This document shows positions 63,918 through 64,000 of a DNA stretch of 64,000 nt, in pieces. A program made the position numbers and the translations under genes. Source of the DNA: Promethearchaeota archaeon (GTDB lineage Archaea > Asgardarchaeota > Lokiarchaeia > Sigyniarchaeales > SOKP01); NCBI GenBank assembly GCA_030599585.1, contig JAUVNS010000010.1, positions 144,826 to 208,825 on the forward strand, written 5' to 3'. Below the pieces are notes generated by a model. The model ran no database searches, was not told where the DNA came from, and saw only the letters and a list, made by a program, of their open reading frames with translations. Position 1 is the first letter of the stretch, and every line of letters starts with the position of its first letter.

Positions 63918-64000
63918 TTTAGTCCCGATTTTATTTTAATTTTTATGAGAATTAAGTTCCTAATTCTTTAAATACTTATATTAAGAGTTCGGTTTTAAAA

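Overview
AT-rich archaeal chromosome segment, most likely from an Asgard archaeon (Lokiarchaeia-like). Evidence: TFIIB, proteasome beta subunit, geranylgeranyl reductases, a BHB-intron tRNA, a longin-GTPase, uDENN/longin-like proteins and ITPK1-like kinases. From 5' to 3' it holds: (1) a TFB-CheY-Zn finger-CheR/CheD-fusion operon, an MCP, tRNA-Gly(CCC) and a 5-PAS histidine kinase; (2) an inositol-phosphate cluster with myo-inositol-1-P synthase, four ITPK1-like ATP-grasp kinases, an MFS transporter, an LMW-PTP and UppP; (3) FKBP, PflX, a GIFT/IFT52-like protein, PsmB and ATL; (4) a glycan-catabolism cluster (sulfatase, GH2, GH4, YdjC, DUF3604); (5) GGRs, membrane proteins and serine-pathway genes; (6) an 8.4-kb module with a longin-small GTPase, a longin/uDENN-wHTH protein and a 1898-aa surface protein, bounded by a 159-bp direct repeat (88% identical) that duplicates the ogt 5' end and promoter; (7) tRNA-Leu(TAA) with a D-loop intron; (8) an Ltp3/Ltp4-like thiolase-fold pair flanked by two DUF35 genes. 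No CRISPR array, rRNA, transposase or integrase was recognised. All protein calls come from motif recognition by eye, not database searches.
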